Positions 9,652 through 21,288 are shown, counted from the stretch's first letter. The stretch: DNA of 55,953 nt from Basidiobolus meristosporus CBS 931.73 (GCA_002104905.1 MCFE01000584.1:1-55953), one strand, 5' to 3'. Numbers and translations: made by a program. Notes: generated by a model not told the origin, from the letters alone.

Positions 9652-10301
9652 ACCAACGACTGCACTTGAGCATAAATCCAATAAAGTTCCATTATTCATT
9701 TTTTTTTCGCCTTTTACGTGATAACAGAAATATAGTCGTTACCATCATGAAAACAAGGGTATTTGACAAACTGATGACCCAAAGTCCAGCGACTAGTCCA
9801 GGAGAAGGGTAAGAAACGTCCTGAAGTACTGCTGGAAGGTAATGGGTAGCTTATTCAATAAGTTTCTCATGGGTTTAGTCAATATGCAAATCGGGTCTCC
9901 TTGAGTGTATCGCCATTCCAAGCTAGAGTCAGCTGTTATAGAGGGTAGAATACATGATAATGTAAGGAGAATTCGGAGCGTGTCAAATCCAATAATCTGG
10001 AACTTTTGACTCATACTTATTGGTATCAGCAGAGTGAGGAAATACCCAAGCCCAACTATTGCTTACTACCATTACCAGCACATAACTAATATGCACTACA
10101 GACGAATGATTCTTATTGTAATTGAGAAAATTGGTGCTTGATCGGCTCTTTCCCTTACATTAATATCTGTTGATACTCGCCGTTGTTCCACCCATCCTTG
10201 TGGTCATGTCTCTCTTGTAACTTTTTCCTAGTATCAATTGTCAGAAACTGGAGTGATGTCGGTTATATATTACATTTTCTTATTTATTAAACCTATTCAT
10301 A

Positions 10302-10736
10302 TCAATAGCTGTCTCTGTATCTACGTCTACGGTAGCGTTGTTGACAACGTTTACACGATGGTTGATCGTCGTCGTCACTCGAGTCATGAATGTCATCCTC
10401 GTCGGGAGTAAACGATTGCACAAATGTCGGCGCAGATGGTTGGTACAATGTTTGATCTACTTGCTGCACCTGGTCGTACTGATTCTGGTTGGAAAGTGCC
10501 TGAGCGTTCTGTGCGGAATTCGTCTTCACATTGTCCAACAATGCATAGCCGTTTGGGGACTCTAGTTGATAGTATGTTGGGGTGTATGATATTGATGGTT
10601 CATTGTCGGTATTGCCACCAAAGTCCACTGGGATGCCCTGGTCTACTTGCTGGTTGTCGTACGTTGCAATGGGCGATGCATAAGATGCACCGAATAGGAA
10701 TACAAAGGCGGATAGAATGCGGAAAGTGCGTTGCAT
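10302..10736 (-). CDS. Family B secreted protein B2 (alpha-type tail RRRRYRDSY)
   Basis: Intact 144 aa from the ATG at 10736. The promoter matches B1/B3/B4/B5, while the 3' end and flank match the alpha relics. Confidence 0.88.
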   Translation of the reverse strand: MQRTFRILSAFVFLFGASYASPIATYDNQQVDQGIPVDFGGNTDNEPSISYTPTYYQLESPNGYALLDNVKTNSAQNAQALSNQNQYDQVQQVDQTLYQPSAPTFVQSFTPDEDDIHDSSDDDDQPSCKRCQQRYRRRRYRDSY

Positions 10737-10857
10737 GTTGGCTCTTGATGACACACTGGAAGGCAAACAGTTGCATTTATGTATGGTTTGCTAGATTCAT
10801 CAGCGATCATCAGCAACCAAACCCAGTTTACTAAATTATGAAGCAGAGGGGAGTAAA

Positions 10858-10940
10858 GTTAATCAGCATTTCATTTTCATTGTAATGATCGATGAGTAAT
10901 AGCTGATTAACACCGTAATCCAAGCGACCAATCACTTCAG
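10858..10940. promoter_or_regulatory. Conserved palindromic promoter element, copy 2
   Basis: Perfect 10-bp inverted pair GTTAATCAGC/GCTGATTAAC. Invariant TGATTAACACCGTAATCC and GCGACCAATCACTTCAG. Confidence 0.55.
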
Positions 10941-11440
10941 TACATGAAGAAAAATAAATAAACATTCGTCTTCAATTCTGGGCTTGGCTTACCACTTTGG
11001 AATGACAAACGCGGTAGTGAAGGGACTCGCCAAAATGACTCATACTATGCCTTTTCAAGCTATGGCTTGAAGTGAGCACACAGGAATGGCTTCATTCTTA
11101 CGTAGTTCTTGATTTCATAGTCGTAGAACGCTAGGCTACTCTGGTTATATAACAACCTGTAACAATCTTTGTGAGTGTTATGGGATCATGACTGAATTAA
11201 TATCTTCACCAGCCTTCAGTCGATAGTATACTGAGTTGAATTTACGATGTAGCATTATGCATTGCACCAATTAGCTTAGCTTAGCAAAAATGTAACTCAC
11301 CATCACCTCTGTCCAAGTGATCTTCCAGTGTAGCAGACGAATCTTCGAGTTGTGTTGATCCGAAACTGAAGAGCCGTAAGAATAGTGATTGTTAAGGGTA
11401 TTAATGTGTATTTATCATAGCACTTCAACTGCTAGTTTCT

Positions 11441-11785
11441 AATGCTCCGACCGAGCAAGTGACTGTTAACAGCAAGTCCAAGTTCTGCATACTGTTGAAA
11501 CGTCGAATGTCCAAGTCCCATTATTATGTCAAGTGCTCACCACTGATACCAAAAAACATGGCAATCTGAGCACTGCTAACGCTAATAGGGAAAAGAGTCT
11601 TAATGCCAAGCTGGCCCTAGCCTCGAAGTAGAAGGTTCAGCCAGCGCATCCGAGTACGCCAAACTGAAGAGTGCTGAGCAATCAGACGATGGCTCTAATT
11701 TCCCATTGTTGTGACTTAGCCTGCACAAGATGAGACATACACTACACCAGTAGTAGACACCCAATGCGTTGAAGGATGCGCTGAT
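11441..11785 (+). pseudogene. A' relic (5'-deleted, frameshifted)
   Basis: Matches A from CSDRAS through GPSLEVEGSASASEYAK to PVVDTQCVEGCADQD, with stops and indels. Confidence 0.8.
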
Positions 11786-12150
11786 CAAGATACTGAAAGG
11801 AATACAAGAGATCGGCTCAGATATTCTAGTGGAAATAGACAATGAACATCATTTCACTTGACCACCTTATATTAAAATGAAACATCAGCATTGATTCGTA
11901 AATCACTATACTACAGCTGGAATATCAAAAGCATATGTGCATTTATTGGTGTATTTATCAGTGTATTTATCAGTGTATTTATCCTCCTGTAATCATGCAA
12001 ACTACGCGATGATGGTAGACAGAATGCAAATTTTCAATCTGATCAAAGTTAACTAACTATTGCTGCCATCAATGTTAAAACCATATTATACTGGCTCCCA
12101 TGCTATATATTCCAGAGTGAATTCAGCAATGAACTCAGTAGTTCTTACAG

Positions 12151-12729
12151 ATGCGTACATTCATTGTATCCTTGATCTTGGGCCTTGCCTCTCTTCAAGC
12201 CACCATTGCTGCTCCAGTCCCATGCTCCGAATCATGCAACCGTGAGCATAGAAGAGTCCGTTATCGCAGGTATTCATGCTCAGACCAAGCAAGCAACTGC
12301 TACCAGCAATCCCAGGTTCAGCCCACTGTTGAAACGTCAAACGTTCAAGTGCCACTGTTGCGTCAGGTGTTCACCACCGTGACCAGAAAGCATGACAATC
12401 TGAACACTGCCAACGCCAACAGTGACAAGAGTCTCGATGTTCAGTTTCAAGCAGGCCCTAGCCTTGAAGTAGAAGGCTCAGCCAGCGCATCCGAGTACGC
12501 CAAACAGAAGGGTGCTGAATACTCAGACGATGGCTCTGGTTACCCCATTGTTATAGTTCAGCCTGCACAAGATGAGACATACTCCACACCAGTAGTGGAC
12601 ACCCAATGCATCGAAGGATGCTCTGACCAAGATACACAGTACACTGAGCCCATGGTAGATGTTCAATGTGGCGATGACTGTGCTAATCAGGACTCACAGT
12701 ATACTGAGCCCATGGAAGACACTCAATGA
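12151..12729 (+). CDS. Family A secreted protein A3
   Basis: Intact 192-aa paralogue. The upstream C gene is missing, but the C-A intergenic sequence (11860-12150) is retained. Confidence 0.9.
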   Translation: MRTFIVSLILGLASLQATIAAPVPCSESCNREHRRVRYRRYSCSDQASNCYQQSQVQPTVETSNVQVPLLRQVFTTVTRKHDNLNTANANSDKSLDVQFQAGPSLEVEGSASASEYAKQKGAEYSDDGSGYPIVIVQPAQDETYSTPVVDTQCIEGCSDQDTQYTEPMVDVQCGDDCANQDSQYTEPMEDTQ

Positions 12730-13375
12730 ACCAACGACTGCACTTGAGCCCAAATCCAATAAAGTTTCATTATTCATGTTATTTTTCGTCTCATATGTGA
12801 TAGCAGAAATATAGCCATTACCAGCATGGGAACAAGAGCATTTGACAAACTCAACACCACGCCAATTTCTTCCCTCTGATGACCCGAAGTCCAGCTACCA
12901 ATTCAGGAGAAGAGTAAGAAGCTGGTTAAGCTTGGCTATGCACGTGTTTAAGTACTGCTCGTAGGTATTGGGTGGCTTATTTAATAAGCTCAACCCGGGC
13001 CTAGTCAATATGGAGATAGGGCATCCTAGAGTGTATCGCTATCTCAAGAAGTCCAACTATTACTCACTACCATGAGCGCACATATAACATGCACCACAGA
13101 CGAGTGATTCTTACTATAATTGAGAAATTTAGCGCTTGATCGGCTCTTTCCCTTACTTCAATCTCTGTTGATACTCGCCATTATTTCACCCATCCCTGTG
13201 GGCACATCTCTTGTGTATCATATTTGAAAGCTTGTTTACAGAAGAATTGGGTGTACCTGATAGCCTACATGGACAGGGACACTGGAGTAATATCGATTGT
13301 ATGATACATTAACCTATTTATTATGCTGGGATCACCATAGTCATAAAATGTAGAAAGGCCAATAATCTGTTCTCA

Positions 13376-13792
13376 TCAATAGCTGTCTCTGTATCTACGT
13401 CTATACGCTGGCTGATTGTCATCATCACCAGAGTCTTGGTCTTCATCCTCGTCGGGAGCCAATGATTGCACATACGTCGACGCAAATGGTTGGTACAATG
13501 TCTGATCTATTTGCTGCATACTGATTCTGGCTGGGAAGTGCCTGAGCATTCTGTACGGAGTTAGTTTGAATATTGCTCAACAAGGGATAGCTAATTAGGG
13601 ACTCTAGCTGGTAATCTGCCGGCGCATATGATATTAATGGTTCAGTCTCATAGTCCACTTGGACACTCTGGTTTACTTATTGATTGCCATATGTAGCAAT
13701 GGGCAATGCATAGGATACACCGAATAGGAATACTAAGGTGGATAAAATGCGTGGATAAAATGCGTGGATAAAATTCGGAAATTACGTCGCAT
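13376..13792 (-). pseudogene. Family B alpha relic
   Basis: ATG at 13792, a 13-bp tandem duplication (gataaaatgcgtg) in the signal region, frameshifts, and an RYRDSY tail. Confidence 0.85.
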
Positions 13793-14203
13793 ATTGGCTC
13801 TTAGTTATACACTGGAATACAAAAAGTTGCTTTTGTTTTTATCAACAATCATCAGCAGCCAAAGCTCAGTTGATAGCTATTCTATGTGGCCAATCATCAA
13901 TAAAAACAATACACCGCCAATTAAACCGATGTATCATCGATCTACGCACTTCATTACCTATACCATCATCCATTTATTGCTCACCACGACTGCTTGCCAT
14001 TATTCATTATTGTTCGCAAATTGGAGAGAACAAAACCAAAATGTTTCATGTGAGGAGTCATTGCTCATTCCACACATCCCTGTGGTCACGTCTCCTCTGA
14101 TGTCAGTTGGTGTAATGTGTGTGTTGGATAGCTTACAGAAGTAGCGATTATTTTATAGGATTTATTGTGAATGCCAAACTAGTGTTATCATGACCCGATT
14201 GAA

Positions 14204-14638
14204 TCAAAAGCGGCCGCTGTATCTACTTCTACGGTAGCGTCGTTGACAACGTTTACACGATGGCTGGTCGTCGTCGTCACTCGTGTCTTCAGTGTCATCC
14301 TCGTCGGGAGTAAATGATGGCGCATATGTCGGTGCAGATGGTTGGTACAATGTCTGATCTACTTGCTGCACTTGCTCATATTGATTCTGGTTGGAAAGTG
14401 CCTGAGCGTTCTGTGCGGAATTAGTCTGAGCGTTGTCCAATAATGGATAGGTGTCTGGAGACTTTAGTTGATAGAATGTTGGAGTGTATGACATTAATGG
14501 CTCATTGTCGGTATTGCCACCAAAGTCCGCTGGGATACCCTGGTCTATTTGCTGGTTGTCATACGTTGTAATGGGCGACGCAGAAGATACACCGAATAGG
14601 AATACTAAGGCGGATAGAATGCGGAAAGTGCGTTGCAT
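14204..14638 (-). CDS. Family B secreted protein B3
   Basis: Intact 144 aa with the tail CKRCQRRYRRSRYSGRF, identical to B1. Confidence 0.9.
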   Translation of the reverse strand: MQRTFRILSALVFLFGVSSASPITTYDNQQIDQGIPADFGGNTDNEPLMSYTPTFYQLKSPDTYPLLDNAQTNSAQNAQALSNQNQYEQVQQVDQTLYQPSAPTYAPSFTPDEDDTEDTSDDDDQPSCKRCQRRYRRSRYSGRF

Positions 14639-14759
14639 GTTGGCTCTTGATGACGCACTGGAAGGCAAACAGTTGCATTTATGTATGGTTTGCTAGATTC
14701 ATCAGCGATCATCAGCAACCAAACCCAGTTTACTAAATTATGACGCAGAGGGGAGTAAA

Positions 14760-14841
14760 GTTAATCAGCATTTCATTTTCATTGTCATGATCGATGAGTA
14801 AAACTGATTAACACCGTAATCCAAGCGACCAATCACTTCAG
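14760..14841. promoter_or_regulatory. Conserved palindromic promoter element, copy 3
   Basis: Same invariant blocks as copies 1 and 2. Confidence 0.5.
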
Positions 14842-15330
14842 TACATGAAGAAAAATAAATAAACACTCTTCAATTCTGCGCCGCCGCACGATTTGGGAAT
14901 GACATTAGCGGTTGTGAAGAGACAAACCAAAATGACTCATACTACGCCTTTTCAAGCTATGGCTTGAGGTGAGCACACAGGAATGGCTTCGTTCTTACGT
15001 AGTTTTTGATTTCATGGTCGTAGAATGGTAACCTGCTCGGGTTATATAGCGACCTGTAGCTATTTTAATGCGTATTATGGGATTATGAATGAATTCATAT
15101 TTTACCAGTCATCATTCGGTAGCATACTGAGCTAGATTAACAATTTGGCATCAAGCATTGCATCAACCACCACAAGATGATACAGCGCCTCTATCCAAGG
15201 GATCTCTATTGCCGCAGATGAACTTCAAGTCGAAACATGAACCTAGATTTGCGTTGATTTCAAATTGTAGATTCATAGGAATAGTGGTTGCTTAGGGTAT
15301 TAATGTGAATTTATCACTGCGACTATTAAC

Positions 15331-15503
15331 ATATGGCTTTCCAAATGCTCAATGACGTCGCTACTTTTTCTTTTGGCCATCGTTGCTGCTTCAATACACT
15401 GAGCCCACGGAATATGCTCAGTGTTGTAATGATTGTGCTTAGCAGGACTCACCGACTGCAGACTTTATGGATGACACTTAATGTACCTATAACTGCACTT
15501 AAT
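15331..15503 (+). pseudogene. A' relic with a large internal deletion
   Basis: ATGACGTCGCTACTTTTTCTTTTGGCCATCGTTGCTGCT (MTSLLFLLAIVAA) is joined directly to the C-terminal repeat remnant. Confidence 0.75.
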
Positions 15504-15689
15504 TCAATGAATCTCGATTATCCATATGAGCCCATATCTTCACAAGTACTTAGTGGATAGTCAACCACAGCTGGACATGGCATGTGAATTCATGGCTTCA
15601 AGTAAGTCAGATATAGGATGCAGTATAATAGACTACGCCAAATACCACTATAAAGTGAGCTTACGACTAGTTTTACGCTATTCATCGAA

Positions 15690-16244
15690 ATGCAGCTTAC
15701 TCTCGCTTTACTCGCTTTGTACTTTGCTTCTATCCATGCATTACCCGCCACAGAAGATACCTTTTCTCAGGTTAGCAACGACAACAACTTGTGCGGGGAG
15801 CAAATAAGTCCTTGCTACCAAGAAACTCAATCGCCTGCATATGACTATCAGCCGGAACAGGATGAGGGTGATAGCTATATGGATGAGAATGAGGGCGAAG
15901 ATGAAGGCGAAGGTGAGGACTCAATGGATGATACTTCAACTCAGCCAGAGTCATCCTACAACATGCCAAACTTCAATGTAGCCGACATGCAACCCAGAAA
16001 GGCATTGTTGGACAGAGTGAACGCTCACTCATACAGTGATGCTGATGCTCTGTCGAACTCTAATCAGTTTGACCAAGCGCAGGTTATCGACCAAACCCTC
16101 TATCAGCCTAAGCAGCAACAGCCGCGGATCATCATTACCCAGCCAGCCACCCGTAGCTATGGTGGAGGCCAGAAGAAGTACAAGAGGTCGGCACATAAGT
16201 ACTTCAAGATCAGATATTTCAGTGGGAACAGATACATTGAATAA
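15690..16244 (+). CDS. Family C secreted protein C2
   Basis: Intact 184-aa paralogue of C1. TATAAA upstream and AATAAA overlapping the stop. Confidence 0.9.
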   Translation: MQLTLALLALYFASIHALPATEDTFSQVSNDNNLCGEQISPCYQETQSPAYDYQPEQDEGDSYMDENEGEDEGEGEDSMDDTSTQPESSYNMPNFNVADMQPRKALLDRVNAHSYSDADALSNSNQFDQAQVIDQTLYQPKQQQPRIIITQPATRSYGGGQKKYKRSAHKYFKIRYFSGNRYIE

Positions 16245-16563
16245 ATAAACATGGCATTTGGTCACCCTATATTAATATGAAACATCATCAGTTGTAATTC
16301 GTGAATTACCACACCAAAGCTGAAATTTTATCAAAAGCATATGCGTATATATTGGTGTATTTACCAGTGTATTTATCGTGCTGTAACCATATAATCTACG
16401 CGATATCAATGCGATTGAGCCGATGATGGTAGAGCGAATGCTGCTTTTCAATCTGATAAAGTTAACTAACTATTGCTACCATCAGTGTTGTAACCATGTT
16501 ATAATGGTTCCCCTGCTATATATTCCCGAGGGAATTCAGCAATGAACTCAGTAGTTCTCAAAG

Positions 16564-17142
16564 ATGCGTACATTCATTGTATCATTGATCTTGGGCCTTG
16601 CCTCTCTTCAAGCCGCCGTTGCTGCTCCAGTCCCATGCTCCGAATCATGCAACCGTGAGCATAGAAGAGTCCGTTATCGCAGGTATTCATGCTCGGACCA
16701 AGCAAGCAACTGCTACCAGCAAGTCCAGGTTCAGCCCACTGTTGAACCGCCAAACGTCCAAGTGCCATTGTTGCGTCAGGTGTTCACCACCGTGACCAGA
16801 AAGCATGACAATCTGAACACTGCCAACGCCAACAGTGACAAGAGTCTCGATGCTCAGTTTCAAGCAGGCCCTAGCCTCGAAGTAGAAGGTTCAGCCAGCG
16901 CATCCGAGTACGCCAAACAGAAGGGTGCTGAACACTCAGACGATGGCTCTGACTACCCCATTGTTATGGTTCAGCCTGCGCAAGATGAGACATACTCCAC
17001 ACCAGTAGTGGACACCCAATGCATCGAAGGATGTTCTGACCAAGATGCACAGTATACTGAGCCCATGGAGGATGTTCAATGTGTCGATGACTGTGCTAAT
17101 CAGGACTCACAGTATACTGAGCCCATGGAAGACACTCAATGA
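16564..17142 (+). CDS. Family A secreted protein A4
   Basis: Intact 192-aa paralogue. Confidence 0.9.
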   Translation: MRTFIVSLILGLASLQAAVAAPVPCSESCNREHRRVRYRRYSCSDQASNCYQQVQVQPTVEPPNVQVPLLRQVFTTVTRKHDNLNTANANSDKSLDAQFQAGPSLEVEGSASASEYAKQKGAEHSDDGSDYPIVMVQPAQDETYSTPVVDTQCIEGCSDQDAQYTEPMEDVQCVDDCANQDSQYTEPMEDTQ

Positions 17143-17451
17143 ACCAAAGACTGCACTTAAGTCCAAATGCAATAAAGTTACATTATTCATTTTATTTTTC
17201 GTCTCATATGTGATTGCAGAGATATAGCCATTACGAAATATGGGAACAAGAGCGTTTGACAAACTCAACACCACGCCAATCTCCATACTTCCCTCTGATG
17301 ACCCGAAGTCCAGCCACCAATTCAGGAGAGGGGTAAGAAACTGGTAAAGCTCGGCTATGCACGTCTTTAAGTCCTGCTTGGAGGTAGTGGGTGGCTCATT
17401 TAATAAGCTCAACGAGGGCTTAGTCAATATGGAGATCGGACATCCTAGAGT

Positions 17452-17694
17452 GTGGCTGACCGTCATCGTCACTCAAGTCTTGGTCCTCATCCTCGTGGGG
17501 AGTAAATGGTTACACATATGTCGACGTAGATGGTTGGAAAGTGCCTGAGCATTCTGTGCGGAGTTAGTTTAAACATTGTCCAACAACAATAGGTGACTGG
17601 GAACTCTAGCTGGGTGGGCGATGCATTGGATACACCGAATAGGAATACCAATGTGGACAAAATGCGTGAATAAAATGCGTAAATTTCGTTGCAT
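17452..17694 (-). pseudogene. Family B alpha relic (internally and 3' deleted)
   Basis: ATG at 17694. The signal-peptide remnant ILSTLVFLFGVSNASP is fused to QLEFPVTY. The tail is deleted. Confidence 0.8.
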
Positions 17695-18176
17695 ATTGGC
17701 ACTTAGTTACACACTGGAATACAAAGAGTTGCTTTTGTTTTTACCAACAATCATCAACAGCCGAAGCTCAGTTGATAGCTATTCTATGTGGCCAATCATC
17801 AATAAAAACAATCCACAGCCAATTGAACCTATGTATCATCGATCTACGTATTTCATTAGCTATACCATCATCCATTTATTGCTATCCACGATTGCTCACC
17901 ACTATTTCATTTTAGTAGTTTGTTCAATATTGCTCGCAAATTGGAGGGTACAAAACCAAAATGATTCACACTACTGTTTAAAGGTTCATTGCCAGAATGT
18001 TCATGATGCTCATTCCACTCATACCAGGGGTCACGTCTCCGCTGTTTCTTCCGGATATCAGTTGTTATAATCTTAATTGCAGAAGAAATGTGTGTGTTTT
18101 ATAGCTTGCAGAAATAGCGATTATATGATGGGATTTATTTTGAATGCCAAACTAGTGTTTACATGATCTGATTTCA

Positions 18177-18611
18177 TCAAGAGCTGCCTCTGTATCCACG
18201 TCTACGGTAGCGTCGTTGACAACGTTTACACGATGGCTGATCGTCGTCGTCACTCGAGTCTTCAGTGTCATCCTCGTCGGGAGTATTTGATTGCACATAT
18301 GTCGGTGCAGATGGTTGGTACAATGTCTGATCTACTTGCTGCACTTGCTCAAATTGATTCTGGTTGGAAAGTGCCTGAGCGTTCTGTGCAGAATTAGTCT
18401 GAGCGTTGTCCAACAATGGATAGGTGTCTGGAGACTCTAGTTGATAGTATGTTGGTGTGTATGACATTAATGGCTCATTGTCGGCATTGTCTTTAAAATC
18501 CACCGGGATGCCCTGGTCTACTTGCTGGTTGTCATACGTTGCAATGGGCGATGCATAAGATGCACCGAATAGGAATACTAAGACGGATAGAATGTGGAAA
18601 GTGCGTTGCAT
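18177..18611 (-). CDS. Family B secreted protein B4
   Basis: Intact 144 aa with the tail CKRCQRRYRRRGYRGSS. Confidence 0.9.
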   Translation of the reverse strand: MQRTFHILSVLVFLFGASYASPIATYDNQQVDQGIPVDFKDNADNEPLMSYTPTYYQLESPDTYPLLDNAQTNSAQNAQALSNQNQFEQVQQVDQTLYQPSAPTYVQSNTPDEDDTEDSSDDDDQPSCKRCQRRYRRRGYRGSS

Positions 18612-18732
18612 GTTGGCTCTTGATGACACACTGGAAGGCAAACAGTTGCATTTATGTATGCTTTGCTAGATCCATCAACGATCATCAGCAACCAAACCCA
18701 GTTTACTAAATTATGAAGCAAAGGTGAGTAAA

Positions 18733-18815
18733 GTTAATCAGCATTTCACTTTCATTGCACTGATCAGTGAGTAAGAGTTGATTAACACCGTAATCCAGGC
18801 GACCAATCACTTCAG
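18733..18815. promoter_or_regulatory. Conserved palindromic promoter element, copy 4
   Basis: Same invariant blocks. Confidence 0.5.
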
Positions 18816-18901
18816 CACATCAAGAAAAATAAATAAACATTTCTCTTCAATTCTGGGCGTGCTATACCACTTTGATATGACAGGACGAGGGTGATCACTA
18901 T

Positions 18902-19267
18902 ATGGATGAGAATGAGGGCGAAGATGAAGGCGAAGGTGAGGACTCGATGGATGGCACTACAACTCAGCCAGAGTCATCCTACAACATGCCAAACTTCAAT
19001 ATAGCCGACATGCAACCAAGGCAGGCTTTGTTGGACAGAGTGAACGCTCAGTCATCCAGTGATGCTGATGCTCTGTCCAACTCTAATCAGTTTGACCAAG
19101 CGCAGGTTATCGACCAAACCCTCTATCAGCCTAAGCAGCAACAGCCCCGGATCATTATCACTCAGCCAGCCACCCGTAGCTATGGTGGAGGCCAGAAGAA
19201 GTACAAGAGGTCGGCACATAAGTACTTCAAGATCAGATATTTCAGTGGGAATCGATACATTGATTAA
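18902..19267 (+). CDS. Family C copy C3 lacking the signal peptide (121 aa; possibly a pseudogene)
   Basis: Open from the internal Met MDENEG to the normal stop. The 5' end was removed by a deletion whose junction is at ~18878-18883. Confidence 0.5.
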   Translation: MDENEGEDEGEGEDSMDGTTTQPESSYNMPNFNIADMQPRQALLDRVNAQSSSDADALSNSNQFDQAQVIDQTLYQPKQQQPRIIITQPATRSYGGGQKKYKRSAHKYFKIRYFSGNRYID

Positions 19268-19931
19268 ATAAATATATCATTAGGCCACCTAATATTAATA
19301 TGAAACATCATCAGCCGTAATCCGTGAAATACCACACTACAGCTGAAATATCAAAAGCATATGTGTATATATTAGGGTATACATTGGTGTATTTATCAGT
19401 GTATTTATCGTGCTGTAACCATATAATCTACGCGATATCAATGCGATTGAGCCGATGATGGTAGAGCGAATGCTGCTTTTCAATCTGATAAAGTGTGAGT
19501 TCATCAAAGTTAATGAACTATTGCTACCATCACTGTTGTAACCATGTGATAATGGTTCCCATGTTATATGTTCCCGAGTGAATTTAGCAATGAACACCAG
19601 CAGAGCGATAAAATACGAAATCCTAACTATTGCTCACTACCATTACCAGCACATAACTAATATGCATTCTTATTGAAATTTTGAAAATTGGTGCTTGTTC
19701 GGCTCTTTCCCTTACCTCAATCTCTGCCGATACTCGCCGTTGTTCCACCCATCCCTTTGGTCATGTCTCTTTTGTGGCTTTTTCCTGGTGTTTATTGTCA
19801 GAAACTGGTTCGCGGAAGAATTGCGTGCATTTGATAGCTTACATCAATAGGGAAACTAGAGTGATGTCGATTTTACAATACATTTTCTTATTTATTATAC
19901 TGGGATCACAATGGTATTAAACCTATTCTTA

Positions 19932-20289
19932 TCAATAGCTGTCTCTGTATCTACCACTACGGTGTACACGATGGCTGATCGTCGTCGTCACTTGAGTCTT
20001 GGATCTCATCCTCGCCTGGGGTAAATGATTGCACATATGTTGACGTAGATGGTTGGAAAGTGCCTTAGCATTTAGTGCGGGATCAGTTTGAACATTGTCC
20101 AACAAGGGATAGGTGACTGGGGACTCCAGCTGGTAGTCAGTCGGTGCATATGGCATCGATGGTTCAGTCCCCATAGTCCACCGGGACACCTAGGTCTACT
20201 TGTTGGCTACCATATGTAGCAATGGGCGATGCACAGGATACACCGAATAGGAATACCAAGGTGGATAAGATGCGGAAATTACGTTGCAT
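19932..20289 (-). pseudogene. Family B alpha relic (frameshifted)
   Basis: From the ATG at 20289: MQRNFRILSTLVFLFGVSCASPIATYGSQQVDLGVPVDYGD*. The rest continues in another frame (ORF 19932-20189) and ends RYRDSY. Confidence 0.85.
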
Positions 20290-20898
20290 GTTACACACTG
20301 TAATGTAAACAGTTGCTTTATGTTTGATGGACAAGATTTATCAACGATCATCAGCAATTGAAGCTCAGTTGAGTGAAGCTAATCCTATGTTGATAGTTAT
20401 TCTATGTGGCCAATCATCAAAGGACAAAAATTAGGATAAAAACAATGCACAGCCAATTGAACCTATGTGCCATCGATCTACATTGCTTATATCATCATCC
20501 ATCTGTTGCTCACCACAACTACTCACCACTATTCCATTTTAGTAATTTAACCATTTATGGAAACCAAAATGATTCACACTATCATGTGAGGAGTCGTTAC
20601 CAGAATGCTGGTACCTATTGAATGTTCATTATTGTTCTCTATCATGATGCTCTGAACATATATGGCTGACAGAAGGGTGCTGCGTATTCCTATCTATACT
20701 TGATTGTTTCTGTTGATCCTCATTCCACTCATCCCTGTGGTCACGTCTCCGCTATTTCTTCCTGATGTCAGTTGGTATAATCTTGCTTGCAGAAGAAATG
20801 TGCGTTTGATAGCTTGCAGAAATAGCAATTATTTGATAGGATTATTATGAATGCCAAACTAGTGTTTACACGATCCGATTTCATCAAAAGCCGCCTCT

Positions 20899-21288
20899 CT
20901 ATCCACGTCTACGTTTACACGATGGCTGATTGTCGTCGTCACTCGAGTCTTGAGTGTCATCTTCATCGGGAGTAAATGGTGGCGCATATGTCGACGCAGA
21001 TGGTTGGTACAATGTCTGATCTACTTGCTGCACTTGCTCATATTGATTCTGGTTGGAAAGTGCCTCAGCATTCTGTGCAGAATTAGTCTGAGCGTTGTCC
21101 AACAATGGATAGGCGTCTGGGGACTCTAGTTGATAGTATGTTGATGTATATGGCATTAATGGTTCACTGTCGAAGTCCACTGGGATGCCCTGGTCTACTT
21201 GCTGGTTGTCATACGTTGCAATGGGCGTTGCATAAGATGCACCGAATAGGAATACAAAGGCGGATAGAATGCGGAAAGTGCGTTGCAT
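20899..21288 (-). CDS. Family B copy B5 (129 aa, shortened; tail damaged)
   Basis: Intact signal and body, a small internal deletion, loss of CQRRY, and a premature TAG in place of the Tyr codon of the GYRG tail. Confidence 0.65.
   Translation of the reverse strand: MQRTFRILSAFVFLFGASYATPIATYDNQQVDQGIPVDFDSEPLMPYTSTYYQLESPDAYPLLDNAQTNSAQNAEALSNQNQYEQVQQVDQTLYQPSASTYAPPFTPDEDDTQDSSDDDNQPSCKRRRG

Noticed and set aside
13764-14144. 126-149-aa ORFs in the B-alpha/B-beta spacer (also 17621-18070, 20406-20621)
   Set aside because: Frames and stops are not conserved between spacer copies. The sequence is promoter and terminator DNA.
5160-21288. Classical repeat-core fungal RiPP (dikaritin/KEP) cluster
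   Set aside because: The precursors lack multiple KR-delimited repeated cores, and no DUF3328/UstYa, tyrosinase or other tailoring gene is visible in the window.
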